A DNA stretch of 64,000 bases from Angustibacter luteus (GTDB lineage: Bacteria; Actinomycetota; Actinomycetes; Actinomycetales; Angustibacteraceae), in NCBI RefSeq assembly GCF_039541115.1, contig NZ_BAABFP010000002.1:806001-870000 (forward strand). The letters are read 5' to 3'. A model generated the notes under the pieces. That model ran no database searches. It had not been told where the DNA came from and worked only from the letters and a program-made list of their open reading frames with translations. Of the stretch, positions 30,592 through 41,037 are shown piece after piece. The first letter of the stretch is position 1. Each line of letters opens with the position of its first letter. The position numbers were made by a program, and so were the translations under genes.

Positions 30592-31527
30592 GTGATGAGC
30601 AGCCACGGACACGACCACGGCGTCCCGCTGGGTGTCGGCGCGGGAGCCGGCGCACACCGCGGGCGCCTCGCCGTCGTGCTCAGCATCACCGTGACGATCC
30701 TGGTCGCCGAGGTGATCGGGTCGGTCATCTCGGGCAGCCTCGCGCTGCTCGCGGACGCCGGGCACGTGCTGACCGACGTCGCCGGCCTCACGCTCGCGCT
30801 GATCGCCGCCACCCTGGCCCGCCGACCGGCGTCCGACAAGCGCACCTGGGGGTACCGCCGCGCCGAGGTGCTGTCCGCGGCCGCGCAGGCGGCGGTGCTG
30901 CTGGCCGTCGGCGGGTTCGTCCTCGTCCAGGGGGTGCGCCGGCTGATCGACCCGCCCGACGTCTCCGCCGACTCGATGCTGCTCTTCGGGGTGGTCGGCC
31001 TGGTCGGCAACGCGGTGGCGATCTGGGTGCTGGTCGGCGCCCGCAACCATGACCTGAACCTGCGGGCCGCGTTCCTCGAGGTGCTCAACGACGCGCTCGG
31101 CTCGGTGGCGGTGATCGTCGCCGCCGTGCTGATCGCCACGCTCGGTTGGCTGCGCGCCGATGCCGTGGCGTCCCTGCTGATCGGCGCGCTCATCCTGCCG
31201 CGTACCTGGCGGCTGCTGCGCGAGAGCGTCGACGTGCTGCTGGAGTCGACGCCGCGCGGCCTGGACCTGTCCCAGGTGCGCCAGCACCTGCTCGACGTCC
31301 CACACGTGCTGGAGGTGCACGACCTGCACGCCTCGCAGGTCGCCACGGGCCTGCCGGTGCTGTCCGCGCACGTCGTCGTCGAGGACGAGTGCTTCCACGA
31401 CGGGCACCTGCCCGCCATGCTCGACCGGCTCCAGGAGTGCCTCGCCGGGCACTTCGACGTCGAGCACTCCACACTGCAGTTCGAGGCCCGCCGGCACGGC
31501 GCCCACGAGCCGGCCGCCCACGCCTGA
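30592..31527 (+). CDS. Cation diffusion facilitator (CzcD-like)
   Basis: His-rich N-terminus, SLALLADAGH, VHDLH. Confidence 0.93.
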   Translation: MMSSHGHDHGVPLGVGAGAGAHRGRLAVVLSITVTILVAEVIGSVISGSLALLADAGHVLTDVAGLTLALIAATLARRPASDKRTWGYRRAEVLSAAAQAAVLLAVGGFVLVQGVRRLIDPPDVSADSMLLFGVVGLVGNAVAIWVLVGARNHDLNLRAAFLEVLNDALGSVAVIVAAVLIATLGWLRADAVASLLIGALILPRTWRLLRESVDVLLESTPRGLDLSQVRQHLLDVPHVLEVHDLHASQVATGLPVLSAHVVVEDECFHDGHLPAMLDRLQECLAGHFDVEHSTLQFEARRHGAHEPAAHA

Positions 31528-31558
31528 CCGCCAGCCGCACCCTCTGAAGGAGAACCGC

Positions 31559-32284
31559 ATGCCCTTGCCGGACAACGAGATCGAGCGCGTCCTCGCCGTC
31601 GTCGCGCACCCGGACGACGTCGACTTCGGCTCGGCGGGCACCATGGCCGGCTTCGTCCAGGCGGGGCTTCAGGTGACCTACCTGCTGTGCACGTACGGCG
31701 AGCAGGGCGGCTTCGACGAGACGCCGCGCGACCAGATGCCGGCGATCCGCGAGGCCGAGCAGCGGGCCGCCGCCGCGGCGGTCGGGGTGGACGACGTCCG
31801 CTTCCTGAGCGGGTACCGGGACGGTTGGCTGGAGCCGACCTTCGAGCTGCAGCGGGAGATCTGCCGGGTGATCCGCCAGGTGCGGCCGCAGCGGGTGCTG
31901 ACGCAGAGCCCGGACCGGTTCTGGGACCGGCTCGGTGCCAGCCACCCGGACCACCTGGCCGCAGGTGAGGCGACCGTCCGGGCCGTCTACCCGGCGGCGC
32001 GCAACCCCTTCGCCTGGCCGGAGCTCATCGCCGACGAGGGCCTGGAGCCGTGGACCGTCCAGGAGCTGTGGATGATGGCGCACCCCGAGTCGAACCACAC
32101 CGTCGACATCACCGACGACTTCGACCGCAAGCTCGCCGCGCTGCACGCCCACGTCAGCCAGACCGGCCACCTCGGCGACGGGCTCGAGGAGCGGTTGCGG
32201 CAGTGGGGAACGACGGTCGCGTCGGGCGGTGGGCTCGGTGAGGGGCGACTGGCCGAGGCGTTCCGGGTGGTCGCGACCGGGTGA
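31559..32284 (+). CDS. PIG-L/LmbE family deacetylase
   Basis: AHPDD and HPDH motifs. Confidence 0.92.
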   Translation: MPLPDNEIERVLAVVAHPDDVDFGSAGTMAGFVQAGLQVTYLLCTYGEQGGFDETPRDQMPAIREAEQRAAAAAVGVDDVRFLSGYRDGWLEPTFELQREICRVIRQVRPQRVLTQSPDRFWDRLGASHPDHLAAGEATVRAVYPAARNPFAWPELIADEGLEPWTVQELWMMAHPESNHTVDITDDFDRKLAALHAHVSQTGHLGDGLEERLRQWGTTVASGGGLGEGRLAEAFRVVATG

Positions 32285-32305
32285 GCGCCGGTTCGGGGCG
32301 CGGCG

Positions 32306-32659
32306 TCAGCGCCAGACGGCGGCGACGACCACGTTGAGGATGGCGAGGCCGCCGACGAGGTGCGCCAGCACCGCCGAGTCCTTGCCTTCCCTGTCGCGCT
32401 TGGCCCCGACGATCGCCAGGGCGAGGACGGCGAGCGCGACGACGAGCTTGACGCCCATCTTCGCGTGGTTCAGGTCCTTGTCGACCGCGTCGGACTCGGC
32501 CAGCCCGACCAGCACGATCCCGGCCAGCAGCGCGGTGCCCGCGCCGTCCCGCATGATGCCGAGCACCCGCGGCTGACGCAGCACCGTCAGGTAGCCGCCG
32601 ACGACGGCGGCCATGCCGAGCAGGTGCATGACGACGACGATGTTGTAGACCACGCTCAT
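32306..32659 (-). CDS. Small membrane protein (about 4 TM)
   Basis: Hydrophobic; HLLGMAAVVGG, K.GVKLVVAL. Confidence 0.75.
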   Translation of the reverse strand: MSVVYNIVVVMHLLGMAAVVGGYLTVLRQPRVLGIMRDGAGTALLAGIVLVGLAESDAVDKDLNHAKMGVKLVVALAVLALAIVGAKRDREGKDSAVLAHLVGGLAILNVVVAAVWR

Positions 32660-32697
32660 GCGGTTGATCGTACGGCCGCCTGCGGTGGTGTTCGGGA

Positions 32698-33213
32698 CTA
32701 GTAGTAGCCCGTTTCGCCGTCGATCAGCTCGCGGATGGCGTCGAGCTGCCCGACGTGACGCGCGGTCTCCTCGAGCATGTGGAGCACCATCCAGCGCAGG
32801 GTCGGTGCGGCCCAGTCAGGATCCTGGTGGTGGCCGGCCTCGTCCAGGCTGTGGGCCGCGATGATCTCGTTCGACCTGGCGCACTGGCGTTCGTAGTCGT
32901 CGAGCAACTGGGCCAGCGGGACGTCGTCCACCAGGAAGTCCAGGTCCTCGGACCCCTCGGTGAACTGGGGGTTCTCGGCGGCGGGCGTGTCGAGGAAGAT
33001 CACCTCGAACCAGCAGTGCTCCGTCCAGCGCAGGTGCGAGACGAGGCCCGCCACGGTCATCCGTGGTGACGATGGCAGCACGGCGCGGTGGGCGTCGGCC
33101 TCGCTCAAACCCTCGGCCTTGAACCGGACCAGCGCTCGCTGGAGGTCGTACCAGCCCGTGAGCTGGGTGCGCTCGTCGGCAATGGCGGGTGGGCGAACGC
33201 GTTCGAATGGCAT
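32698..33213 (-). CDS. DinB/DUF664 family protein
   Basis: TVAGLVSHLRWTE, LRWMVLHMLEETARHVGQLD..RE..DG. Confidence 0.88.
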   Translation of the reverse strand: MPFERVRPPAIADERTQLTGWYDLQRALVRFKAEGLSEADAHRAVLPSSPRMTVAGLVSHLRWTEHCWFEVIFLDTPAAENPQFTEGSEDLDFLVDDVPLAQLLDDYERQCARSNEIIAAHSLDEAGHHQDPDWAAPTLRWMVLHMLEETARHVGQLDAIRELIDGETGYY

Positions 33214-33392
33214 GGCCGCGAACGTTACCCCCGCCATCCTCGACCTCGCACCAGCTTTCGGCCGGATGGACCTGTCGTGCGAGATGGGGTGTGAGCGAGG
33301 TGGTCGTGATCGTGACCCGGTGCCTCGCACCACGGCGCGCACCACGTGCCAGGGCTTGCCCTCCTGGGGATGGCAGGGGTACCACGGAGGGC

Positions 33393-34643
33393 GTGCAGGC
33401 GATTCGGGCCACGACCGTCTTCGACGGTGAGACCTTCCTGGACGGCGGGGCTACCGTGCTCGTCGAGGACGGCGTGGTCGTCGGTGTCGAATCCCGTGGG
33501 CACGACCTTCCCGCCGGGTGCAGCGTCACCGTGCACGACGGCACGCTCCTTCCGGGGCTGATCGACGCCCACAGCCACCTGGTGGCCGACAGCGGGCTGA
33601 ACGCGCTCGACCGGGTCGCCGGCTACTCCCCCGCCGAGCTCGACGGCGTCATCACGCAGGCGCTCGGCGACCAGCTCGCCGCTGGGGTCACCACGGTGCG
33701 CGACCTGGGCGACCGCGACTTCTGCGTCGTGGACCGGCGCGACCGCCAGCATCCTGGGCTCGTCGAGCCCACCATCGTCGCCTCGGGGCCGCCGATCACC
33801 ACGGCCGGCGGCCACTGCCACTTCCTCGGCGGGGCTGTCGCCAGCGAGGAGGTCATCGCCCGCGCGGTCGCCGAGCGCGTGGAGCGCGGCGTCGACGTGG
33901 TCAAGGTGATGGCGTCGGGAGGGGTCAACACCCCGGGGACCGACGTCCTGCGCACCCAGTTCAGCGACGACGGGTTGCGGCGCCTCGTCGAGCAGGCCCA
34001 CGCGGCCGGGCTCCCGGTGACCGCGCACGCGCACGGCACACCGTCGGTGCAGCAGGCCCTCGACGTCGGCGTGGACGGCGTGGAACACGGGTCCTGCGTC
34101 ACCGAGCGCGGCTTCGGCCAGGCGTCCGACGACCTGCTGGACGCCTGGGCGCGCAGCGGGATCGTGCTGTGCCCGACGCTGGGGACGGACCCGGACCTGA
34201 TGAAGGAGCCGCCGGCGCCGATCAAGGCCGTCATGGACCGGATGGGCGTCACCGCCGAGCAGATGATGCGGATGCGCTACGAGTTCGTCGGGCGCCAGCA
34301 CCGGGCTGGAATCCAGCTGGTCACCGGCGTCGACTCCGGGATCCAGCCGCCCAAGCGGCACGGCGCCCTTCCCTTCGCCGTCGGCGACCTGGTCAGCGCC
34401 GGACTGACCGTGGCGCAGGCACTGGCCACGGCGACGTCACGGGCTGCCGCCGCCGTCGGCCTCGGCGAGCGCAAGGGACGGGTCGCTCCGGGCTACGACG
34501 CCGACCTGGTCCTCGTCGCCGGCGACGTGGCGGCCTCGATCATGGCCCTGCACGACGTCCGATCCGTTCTGCTGCAGGGACGTCCGGTCACGCCGCCCGG
34601 CGCTGACCACCGTCTCGGAGCAGGTCCCGCGCCAGCACGCTGA
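33393..34643 (+). CDS. Metal-dependent amidohydrolase
   Basis: PGLIDAHSH, VKVMASGG, AHAHG, VEHG, GYDADL. Confidence 0.9.
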   Translation: MQAIRATTVFDGETFLDGGATVLVEDGVVVGVESRGHDLPAGCSVTVHDGTLLPGLIDAHSHLVADSGLNALDRVAGYSPAELDGVITQALGDQLAAGVTTVRDLGDRDFCVVDRRDRQHPGLVEPTIVASGPPITTAGGHCHFLGGAVASEEVIARAVAERVERGVDVVKVMASGGVNTPGTDVLRTQFSDDGLRRLVEQAHAAGLPVTAHAHGTPSVQQALDVGVDGVEHGSCVTERGFGQASDDLLDAWARSGIVLCPTLGTDPDLMKEPPAPIKAVMDRMGVTAEQMMRMRYEFVGRQHRAGIQLVTGVDSGIQPPKRHGALPFAVGDLVSAGLTVAQALATATSRAAAAVGLGERKGRVAPGYDADLVLVAGDVAASIMALHDVRSVLLQGRPVTPPGADHRLGAGPAPAR

Positions 34644-35763
34644 TATCGCTCTGATCGGTGAACAGGCCGTCGATCCCGGTGCGCAGGAACGCGAGCTGCT
34701 CGTCGAGGGCGCGGCCGAACGCGGTGGGGTCGGCGCCCACCCGCAGATCGACGGGCACGAACTGGTTCTCGGCCCGGAACGTGTACGGGTGGACGACGAG
34801 CCCGGCCGCGTGGGCATCCGCGACCAGGGACGTCGGGCTGCCGAGGGTCCCGTCGGCCGCCCGTCCGATCACCTGGCTCTTGTCCGGGCCGACACCGTCG
34901 ATCCGTAGGTGCTGCAACGACTTCAGCCCCGCCGAGGTGGTCAGCTCGGCGTACGTTCGCGGGTCGCCGGAGCTCTTGAGGTCGTACGGCGCACCACTGG
35001 CCGAGGTCAGGAAGACCGCCCGCGTGCGCAGCCCGAGCGCGGCTCGCAGCTCGACCAGGTTGGTGAGCTCGAAGGACTGCACGAACGCCGGCGCAGAACG
35101 GGTGTTGAGGCCGGCGTGGTTCAGGGCGCGCACCAGCCGAGCCTCCAGGGGCAGCCCGACCGACTGGAAGTACGTCGGGTGCTTGGTCTCGGGGTACACC
35201 CCGATGGTGCGCCGCAGCTCGCGGGACAGGCGAGTCCGCAGCGCGAGCACCTCGGCGAACGTCGGGACCTGGAACAGCCCGTCGTAGAGGGTGTTCTCCT
35301 GGCGGACCAGCGGCAGGCGCTCCTTGGCGCGCAACGTCTTCAGCTCGGCCAGGGTGAAGTCCTCGGTGAACCATCCGGTCACGGCCACACCGTCCACGGT
35401 TTTGGTGGCACGCCGTCCGGCGAACTCGGGGTGATCCGCGACGTCCGTGGTGCCGCCGATCTCGTTCTCGTGCCGGGCGACCAGCACGCCGTCCTTGGTG
35501 CACACCAGGTCCGGCTCGATGAAGTCGGCGCCCATCCGGGCGGCCAGCTCGTAGGAGGCGAGCGTGTGCTCCGGCCGGTAGCCGGCCGCGCCGCGGTGCC
35601 CGATCACCAGCGGCCGGCGGGACGATGCCGGGCCCGCGGTCGACGACGCTGCCTCGGCGCCCGAGCCGGGCGTGGCAACTGCGACGACGCTCGCCGCGAC
35701 GGAACCGAGGGCGGCTCGTCGGGTGATGCCTCGCTGGGTGAAGCCAGGAGCGGTGGGACTCAC
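34588..35763 (-). CDS. Tat-exported glycerophosphodiester phosphodiesterase
   Basis: TRRAAL Tat motif; GHRGAAGYRPEHTL, IEPDL, ETKHP, FTD. Confidence 0.93.
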   Translation of the reverse strand: MSPTAPGFTQRGITRRAALGSVAASVVAVATPGSGAEAASSTAGPASSRRPLVIGHRGAAGYRPEHTLASYELAARMGADFIEPDLVCTKDGVLVARHENEIGGTTDVADHPEFAGRRATKTVDGVAVTGWFTEDFTLAELKTLRAKERLPLVRQENTLYDGLFQVPTFAEVLALRTRLSRELRRTIGVYPETKHPTYFQSVGLPLEARLVRALNHAGLNTRSAPAFVQSFELTNLVELRAALGLRTRAVFLTSASGAPYDLKSSGDPRTYAELTTSAGLKSLQHLRIDGVGPDKSQVIGRAADGTLGSPTSLVADAHAAGLVVHPYTFRAENQFVPVDLRVGADPTAFGRALDEQLAFLRTGIDGLFTDQSDISVLARDLLRDGGQRRAA

Positions 35764-36013
35764 GGTTCCTCCTCGTGGACGCAGCCGGTCTGCGTGCCAC
35801 AAGAAGTCAACGACCCCCGTCAGATCGGACGGCGAGCGCGACGCCAACGTCGGGTGAACCTCGCGCGAACCTCCGCGACGCCTGGTGCGTTGCCAGTCAC
35901 ATCGGCGGCTCCTGTGCCTCCGGAGATGGGCCACAACGCAAGGCTGGCGTGGCGCTTCTTCGTCATCTCAACAACGAGAGCGGTCACGCCGCTCGTGGGT
36001 AGTCTGCTGCGGC

Positions 36014-36787
36014 TCAGTAGCCCGGGAAGACGTTGCGGAGCTCGTCCAGCGTGACGTTGCCGGTCACGGTCACCTCAGCGGCGTGCTCGGGGCCGAGCCG
36101 GCCGCTGAGCAGCCGCACCACGGCCTCCGCCGGACCCTCGAAGACGGCCGTTGGATCGTCGATCGAGCCCAGCACGGTGACCGCGTCGGTGATCTCGAGT
36201 GCACCGCCCGGGATCGCCAGGCGGACCTCCCGTTCGACCTCGTGGGGCTTTCCGGTGAACCCCAGCAGGAACGCCAACGGTCCGCCGAAGAGCTCGACGA
36301 TCAGTTCCGCGGACTCGGGGTCCACGGTTGCGGACGGGTCGACGCCGACGCGCGCGTCCCAGCTGTGGTTGGCAACTTCGTTGAGCCGCATGCCGAGCGC
36401 GACCACCAGCGGGACCGGCTCGGGGAGGAAGCCCAGGTCGACCTTCAGGCTTGCGCGCTGCTCGTCGCTGAGCGCCTCAACCGTCTCGAGGTACGCCAGG
36501 TCGTGCGTGACGAACTCGGCTGCCTGGTCGGCCGGGGCGGACGCGTTCCACCGTGCCCAGATCGCCTGGTTGTCCTCATCCTCGACCCGCCCGCCCGCGG
36601 CGGCCGCGATCGGCTTGCGGGCGATTTCCGCACCGCTGCCAAGGTGCGAGAGCACCTGCGCGACGCTCCACTCCGTCGCACCACTGGGCTTGCTCAGATC
36701 CGCTTCGGACAAGGTGGGCGTCAGCGCCGCGAGGGCGCTGTGGTTGGCACGCAGCGCCGCGACGGTGCGGTCGACAAGTGTGGTCAT
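36014..36787 (-). CDS. Mycothiol-dependent maleylpyruvate isomerase family protein
   Basis: PS...EWSVAQVLSHLG, E...HSWD. Confidence 0.85.
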   Translation of the reverse strand: MTTLVDRTVAALRANHSALAALTPTLSEADLSKPSGATEWSVAQVLSHLGSGAEIARKPIAAAAGGRVEDEDNQAIWARWNASAPADQAAEFVTHDLAYLETVEALSDEQRASLKVDLGFLPEPVPLVVALGMRLNEVANHSWDARVGVDPSATVDPESAELIVELFGGPLAFLLGFTGKPHEVEREVRLAIPGGALEITDAVTVLGSIDDPTAVFEGPAEAVVRLLSGRLGPEHAAEVTVTGNVTLDELRNVFPGY

Positions 36788-36918
36788 ACCCCACGCAACC
36801 TTGCCGACCACGGGCTTCTTCCCGCCCGCCGATCGGCGCGGTCGTGCCGAGGAACGGCACCTGCCGCGTACCTCGGGGCGATCAGTGCGCAGAGTCGGTC
36901 GTCCGGCATCATGCGCAC

Positions 36919-37692
36919 ATGGTCGAGGAGAGCTCGGTAACCCACGCTGCTGGCCCGGTTGGCGGCGACTCGAGCCACCCATGGGGGACGCTCGCCTCCG
37001 GCTTCGAGCAGGCCCGCGCCCGCGAGGACTCACTCGACCGACTCGTCGAGTGGCCGGCCCAGCGCGCTCTGCTCGGCGACGTCACCGGCCTCGCCATCCT
37101 GGACGCCGGATGCGGCAACGGGGCGAAGATTGCGCAGCTCGCCAACGACGGGGCCTCCGCGTCGGTCGGCGTCGACATCAGCGGGAACTTCATCACCCCC
37201 CCGCCGGGAGTCGAGCTCATCGAGGGTGATCTCTCCGACCTGGCGGTGGTCCCCGGACTCGCGGGCCGGAGGTTCGATCGGATCCTGTTCCTGCAGTCCT
37301 TCGGGTACGCGGCCAACGGGGTGAGGGCCTTGCAGACCGCGCGCGAGATGCTGACCGAGGACGGCTTCATTCTCCTCACCCGGACCCAGCCGATCCGGTA
37401 CGCCATCGAGCGTGCGGAGGAGAACGGGACCTCACTGGGAGAGGAGTACTTCGCGACCGAGCCGTTCGCCTACCGGCACCAGAGCTGGAACGACCACGTG
37501 ACCCTCACCAAACGGCCGTACACGATGTCGGATCTGCTGAACACGTTCAGCGCAGCCGGACTCTGGATCGAGGCTGCGCTCGAGCCGCAGATGCCTCCCG
37601 AAGCCGCCGAGCGCTATCCCCACAAGCAAGCGGTGATGGACAAGTACCTCGGCATCCTCATGTTCAGGTTGAGGCCGTTGCCAGGGAGGTAG
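36919..37692 (+). CDS. Class I SAM-dependent methyltransferase
   Basis: ILDAGCGNG, GVDIS; start uncertain. Confidence 0.85.
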   Translation: MVEESSVTHAAGPVGGDSSHPWGTLASGFEQARAREDSLDRLVEWPAQRALLGDVTGLAILDAGCGNGAKIAQLANDGASASVGVDISGNFITPPPGVELIEGDLSDLAVVPGLAGRRFDRILFLQSFGYAANGVRALQTAREMLTEDGFILLTRTQPIRYAIERAEENGTSLGEEYFATEPFAYRHQSWNDHVTLTKRPYTMSDLLNTFSAAGLWIEAALEPQMPPEAAERYPHKQAVMDKYLGILMFRLRPLPGR

Positions 37693-37751
37693 CCGAGTCG
37701 CGGCGCGAGGGCGGCCGGCGCCGATCGATCCATCCCGGTGGTGGGTGACCG

Positions 37752-38897
37752 TTACCCGGCCCTCGTCGCCCCAGTGGTCGGTGAGGAGGTGAGCGTGACG
37801 GTCAGCTCGCGGCCGACGAGCGTGCCGAGTCTGACGGCCTCCTGCTCGATGGCCTGATCGGCTGGACGTCGCCTGTCGAGCCAGACGACGGTGAGGTCGT
37901 CACCCTTGCGTGCCCAGGTTCCGCAGACGACGCCGCGGAAGATCACCGGGTTGGCCTTGCGGGTGATGAGATCACGCCGGGACTGCGGCGTGACGCGCCC
38001 GTCCTTGGTGCCGGGTCCCATCACCCACTGGTCGTGCCCGGGTAGGAACCGCACCGCGTTCGAGGCACGCGCGGCGAGGAGGGAGTCGACGTCCTGCCTG
38101 ACGACGTAGGCCGTGGTGCCGTCGACGTCAACGGGCACCAGGCGGTCGCCCAGCTCGGACAGCCAGGTGTTGATCCGCTTGCGGCCCGCGCTCAGGCCGT
38201 CACCGAGCCAGTAGTGGACGCGGTCGACCGTCGCCGGGCCGTACGTCCGCAGGTACGCGGTGACGGCACGCGGACCCGCGTCGTCGAGGTCAGGCAGACC
38301 TGTCCACCTCGGGTTGAGGTCCAGGCGTTGAAAGGTGTGCTGGCCGTCGCGTGGTGGCGCGAAACCGATGTCTCCTTGCCAGGTCAGTGGCTTGATCAAC
38401 GTCTTCGCGCCGTCGTCGAACACGTGTCCCAGGTGGCGGTACGCGCGGTTCCTGACCACCGCTTCGCCGAGCTCGGCGATCGTCAACGGGCCCGCATCGA
38501 GGGCTTCGCGCACCGCGGCCCGGAAGTCTGGCCAGTCCGACGGGGTGAGCCGGTAGTAGTCCACCCAGCTCGGCAGCTCCCACTGCCGGCCGGCCGATCG
38601 GAGCGCCAGGTAGATGCCGCCGTCCTCAGGTGAGAGGTAGTTCATCGACCCACGGAAGGCGAACGCCTTGATGACGGTCCCGTCCGCCAACGCCGCGGCC
38701 AGCTCGCCGGAGCGTGACGTCTGACGCCGGGTTCGAACGGCGAGCTCAGCCAGCGACTCGTCCATCGACGGCACGGCACCCAGGCGGCGTACGACGTCCG
38801 CCACCGACGCGGATCCGATCGGGTCGAGCAGGTGCCGTTCGGACCGCCAGGCCAGCGCCTGCTCCCACGTGACCGAGGCCTCTACCGGAACGTCCAT
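37752..38897 (-). CDS. HTH_42 / AlkZ-YcaQ-like DNA glycosylase family protein
   Basis: AFRGSMNYL, YLRTYGPAT, FLPGHDQW, GVVCGTW. Confidence 0.8.
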   Translation of the reverse strand: MDVPVEASVTWEQALAWRSERHLLDPIGSASVADVVRRLGAVPSMDESLAELAVRTRRQTSRSGELAAALADGTVIKAFAFRGSMNYLSPEDGGIYLALRSAGRQWELPSWVDYYRLTPSDWPDFRAAVREALDAGPLTIAELGEAVVRNRAYRHLGHVFDDGAKTLIKPLTWQGDIGFAPPRDGQHTFQRLDLNPRWTGLPDLDDAGPRAVTAYLRTYGPATVDRVHYWLGDGLSAGRKRINTWLSELGDRLVPVDVDGTTAYVVRQDVDSLLAARASNAVRFLPGHDQWVMGPGTKDGRVTPQSRRDLITRKANPVIFRGVVCGTWARKGDDLTVVWLDRRRPADQAIEQEAVRLGTLVGRELTVTLTSSPTTGATRAG

Positions 38898-38950
38898 GTC
38901 CTCAGACTGGCACCTGTGCGCAGATGTCAGGCGCGGTGCGGACGAGGTGG

Positions 38951-39604
38951 TCAGAGCAGCCGGCGGTCGGCGGCCCACTTGGTGAGCTCGTGCCGGCTGG
39001 ACAGCTGGAGCTTGCGCAGCACCGCCGACACATGGGTCTCGACGGTCTTCACCGAGATGAAGAGCTCCTTCGCGACCTCCTTGTAGGCATAGCCGCGCGC
39101 GATGAGCCGCATGACCTCGCGCTCGCGCGCCGACAGCCGGTCGAGCTCGGGATCCACCGACGGCGCCTCGCCCGTCGCGAACGCGTCGAGCACGAAACCG
39201 GCCAGCCGCGGGCTGAACACCGCGTCGCCGTCCGACACCCGCTCAATGGCCTGCACCAGCTCGGCTCCGGTGATGGTCTTCGTCACGTAACCGCGCGCAC
39301 CGGCCCGGATCACCCCGATGACGTCCTGCGCCGCATCGGAGACCGACAGGGCCAGGAACCGGGACTGCGAACCCTGCGCGGCCGCCTGGGTGAGCACCTC
39401 GACCCCGCCCCCACCGGGCAGGTGCACGTCGAGCAGGACGACGTCCGGTGTCTCGCGCAGCACCGCGGCGACCGCGCTGGCCACGTCCTCGGCCTCCGCG
39501 ACGACGTCCACCGCGTCACCGAGCTCGGCCCGGACGCCACTGCGGAACATCGCGTGGTCGTCGACCACCACCACGCGCACCCGGCGGGGACTGTCCTCGC
39601 TCAT
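38951..39604 (-). CDS. NarL/LuxR-family response regulator
   Basis: VVDDH, LLDVHLPG, LSAREREV...KTVETHVS. Confidence 0.95.
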   Translation of the reverse strand: MSEDSPRRVRVVVVDDHAMFRSGVRAELGDAVDVVAEAEDVASAVAAVLRETPDVVLLDVHLPGGGGVEVLTQAAAQGSQSRFLALSVSDAAQDVIGVIRAGARGYVTKTITGAELVQAIERVSDGDAVFSPRLAGFVLDAFATGEAPSVDPELDRLSAREREVMRLIARGYAYKEVAKELFISVKTVETHVSAVLRKLQLSSRHELTKWAADRRLL

Positions 39605-40896
39605 TGCTCCTCCTCCGCCGCCTTGTCGCCGACCGGCCGGTCCGCGCCCTTGCCGATCGTCAACGCCACCTCGGTGCCCTCCCCGGGGGCCGACCTGATC
39701 CGCGCCGTCCCGCCGTGCCGTTCCATCCGGCCCGTGACGGAGCCTCGCAGACCCATGCGGTCCTCGGGGACGTCGTCCGGGTCGAACCCTCGCCCTCGGT
39801 CGCGCACGAACACCTCGACGAGGTCGTCGGCGCACTCCCCATAGACGTCGACGGACGCGGCGCCCGAGTGCCGGGCCGCGTTCACCATCGCCTCGCGGGC
39901 GGCCCGCACCATGGCGTGCAGCCCGTCGTCCAGGGGGCGATCGCCCACCACCACGACCTCCACCGGGACGCCGTGCGCCTGCTCGACCTCGGCGGCGGCC
40001 TCGTCCAGCGCGCCCCGCAGCGTGCCCTCGTTGTTCGCGGCGTTCTCGAACAACCAACCGCGCAGGTCGCGTTCCTGCGCCCGGGCCAGCGTCATGACGG
40101 CGCGCGGGTCGTCGGCCTTGCGCTGGATCAGCGCCAGCGTCTGCAGCACCGAGTCGTGCAGGTGCGCGGCCACGTCGGCCTGCTGCTGCTGCAGGACCCG
40201 CTCGCGGCGCTCGTCCTCCAGCTGGCGCAGCAGACGCCAGACCAACGGGCCCGCGACCAGGCCGAGCCCGAGCGCGACGACCACGAACAGCAGGATCGTG
40301 CTGCCGATCTCGGACGGGCGTCCGCTACCCACCAGGAAGGTCAGGACGGCGACCACGACGAGCAGCAACCCGCCGACCACCCGGACGACGGTCACCCACG
40401 GCCGCTCGCCCGTGCCGGACACCGCGGACAGGCCGCCACCAGAACCCGAGTTGAACCAGGCCCGCTCGCTCGCGTCGGCCTGCGTCCACAGCAGGGCCAG
40501 GCCGGCGCCGGCGATCAGCACCGGGACGGTCACGGTCAACGGCAGGCCCCAGCCCGTGCGGTTGAGCAGCAGCAGGAGCCCCACCGCGAGCGCCCCGAGG
40601 GCCACCAGCTGACCGAGGTCGTCGGGACGGACGGCCCGGCGCGGACGGCGTCCGCCGCGGTTCGCCGACGCGAGCCCCGCGGGTTCGTCGTCCAGGCCCT
40701 GCGCGGGCACGAAGATCCACAGCGCGCCGTACAGCGCGAGGCCGAAGCCGCCGAGCACGCAGAGCAGCACGAAGGCGATCCGGACCTTCAGCACCGGCAG
40801 GTGCAGGTGCTCAGCGAGGCCCGCGGCGACACCACTCAGCAGGCGCCCGTCGGTCGGGCGCACGAGATGCGGCGGGTCGCCGGGAGTCAGGGGCAC
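39601..40896 (-). CDS. Sensor histidine kinase with N-terminal PspC domain
   Basis: GVAAGLAEH (PspC), HLHDSVLQTL, VNAARH, DRGRGF, GEGTEV. Confidence 0.92.
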   Translation of the reverse strand: MPLTPGDPPHLVRPTDGRLLSGVAAGLAEHLHLPVLKVRIAFVLLCVLGGFGLALYGALWIFVPAQGLDDEPAGLASANRGGRRPRRAVRPDDLGQLVALGALAVGLLLLLNRTGWGLPLTVTVPVLIAGAGLALLWTQADASERAWFNSGSGGGLSAVSGTGERPWVTVVRVVGGLLLVVVAVLTFLVGSGRPSEIGSTILLFVVVALGLGLVAGPLVWRLLRQLEDERRERVLQQQQADVAAHLHDSVLQTLALIQRKADDPRAVMTLARAQERDLRGWLFENAANNEGTLRGALDEAAAEVEQAHGVPVEVVVVGDRPLDDGLHAMVRAAREAMVNAARHSGAASVDVYGECADDLVEVFVRDRGRGFDPDDVPEDRMGLRGSVTGRMERHGGTARIRSAPGEGTEVALTIGKGADRPVGDKAAEEEQ

Positions 40897-40974
40897 GGCT
40901 CGATCCTCTCGCGTGCGCAGGCGCCCGACCACCAGGCATGGCACCCATTCGGCGCGGCGTCCCTGAGTGCGGAC

Positions 40975-41037
40975 GTCAGGGGTCGCTCAGGGTGCTCACC
41001 GATGGTTTCGGGGACGCCGGACGCCGACGATGGATGC
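40975..41037 (+). promoter_or_regulatory. Putative response-regulator box/promoter, copy 1
   Basis: gtcaggggt...cagggt...gatggt...ggacgccgg shared with 43696-43769. Confidence 0.6.

Noticed and set aside
34588..34643. 56-bp overlap of the convergent amidohydrolase and GDPD 3' ends
   Set aside because: Short tail overlaps are common in GC-rich genomes and there is no sign of function.
39448..41037. N-terminal extension making the PspC protein 968 aa
   Set aside because: It overlaps the kinase and regulator on the opposite strand; ATG 41038 fits the shared promoter geometry.
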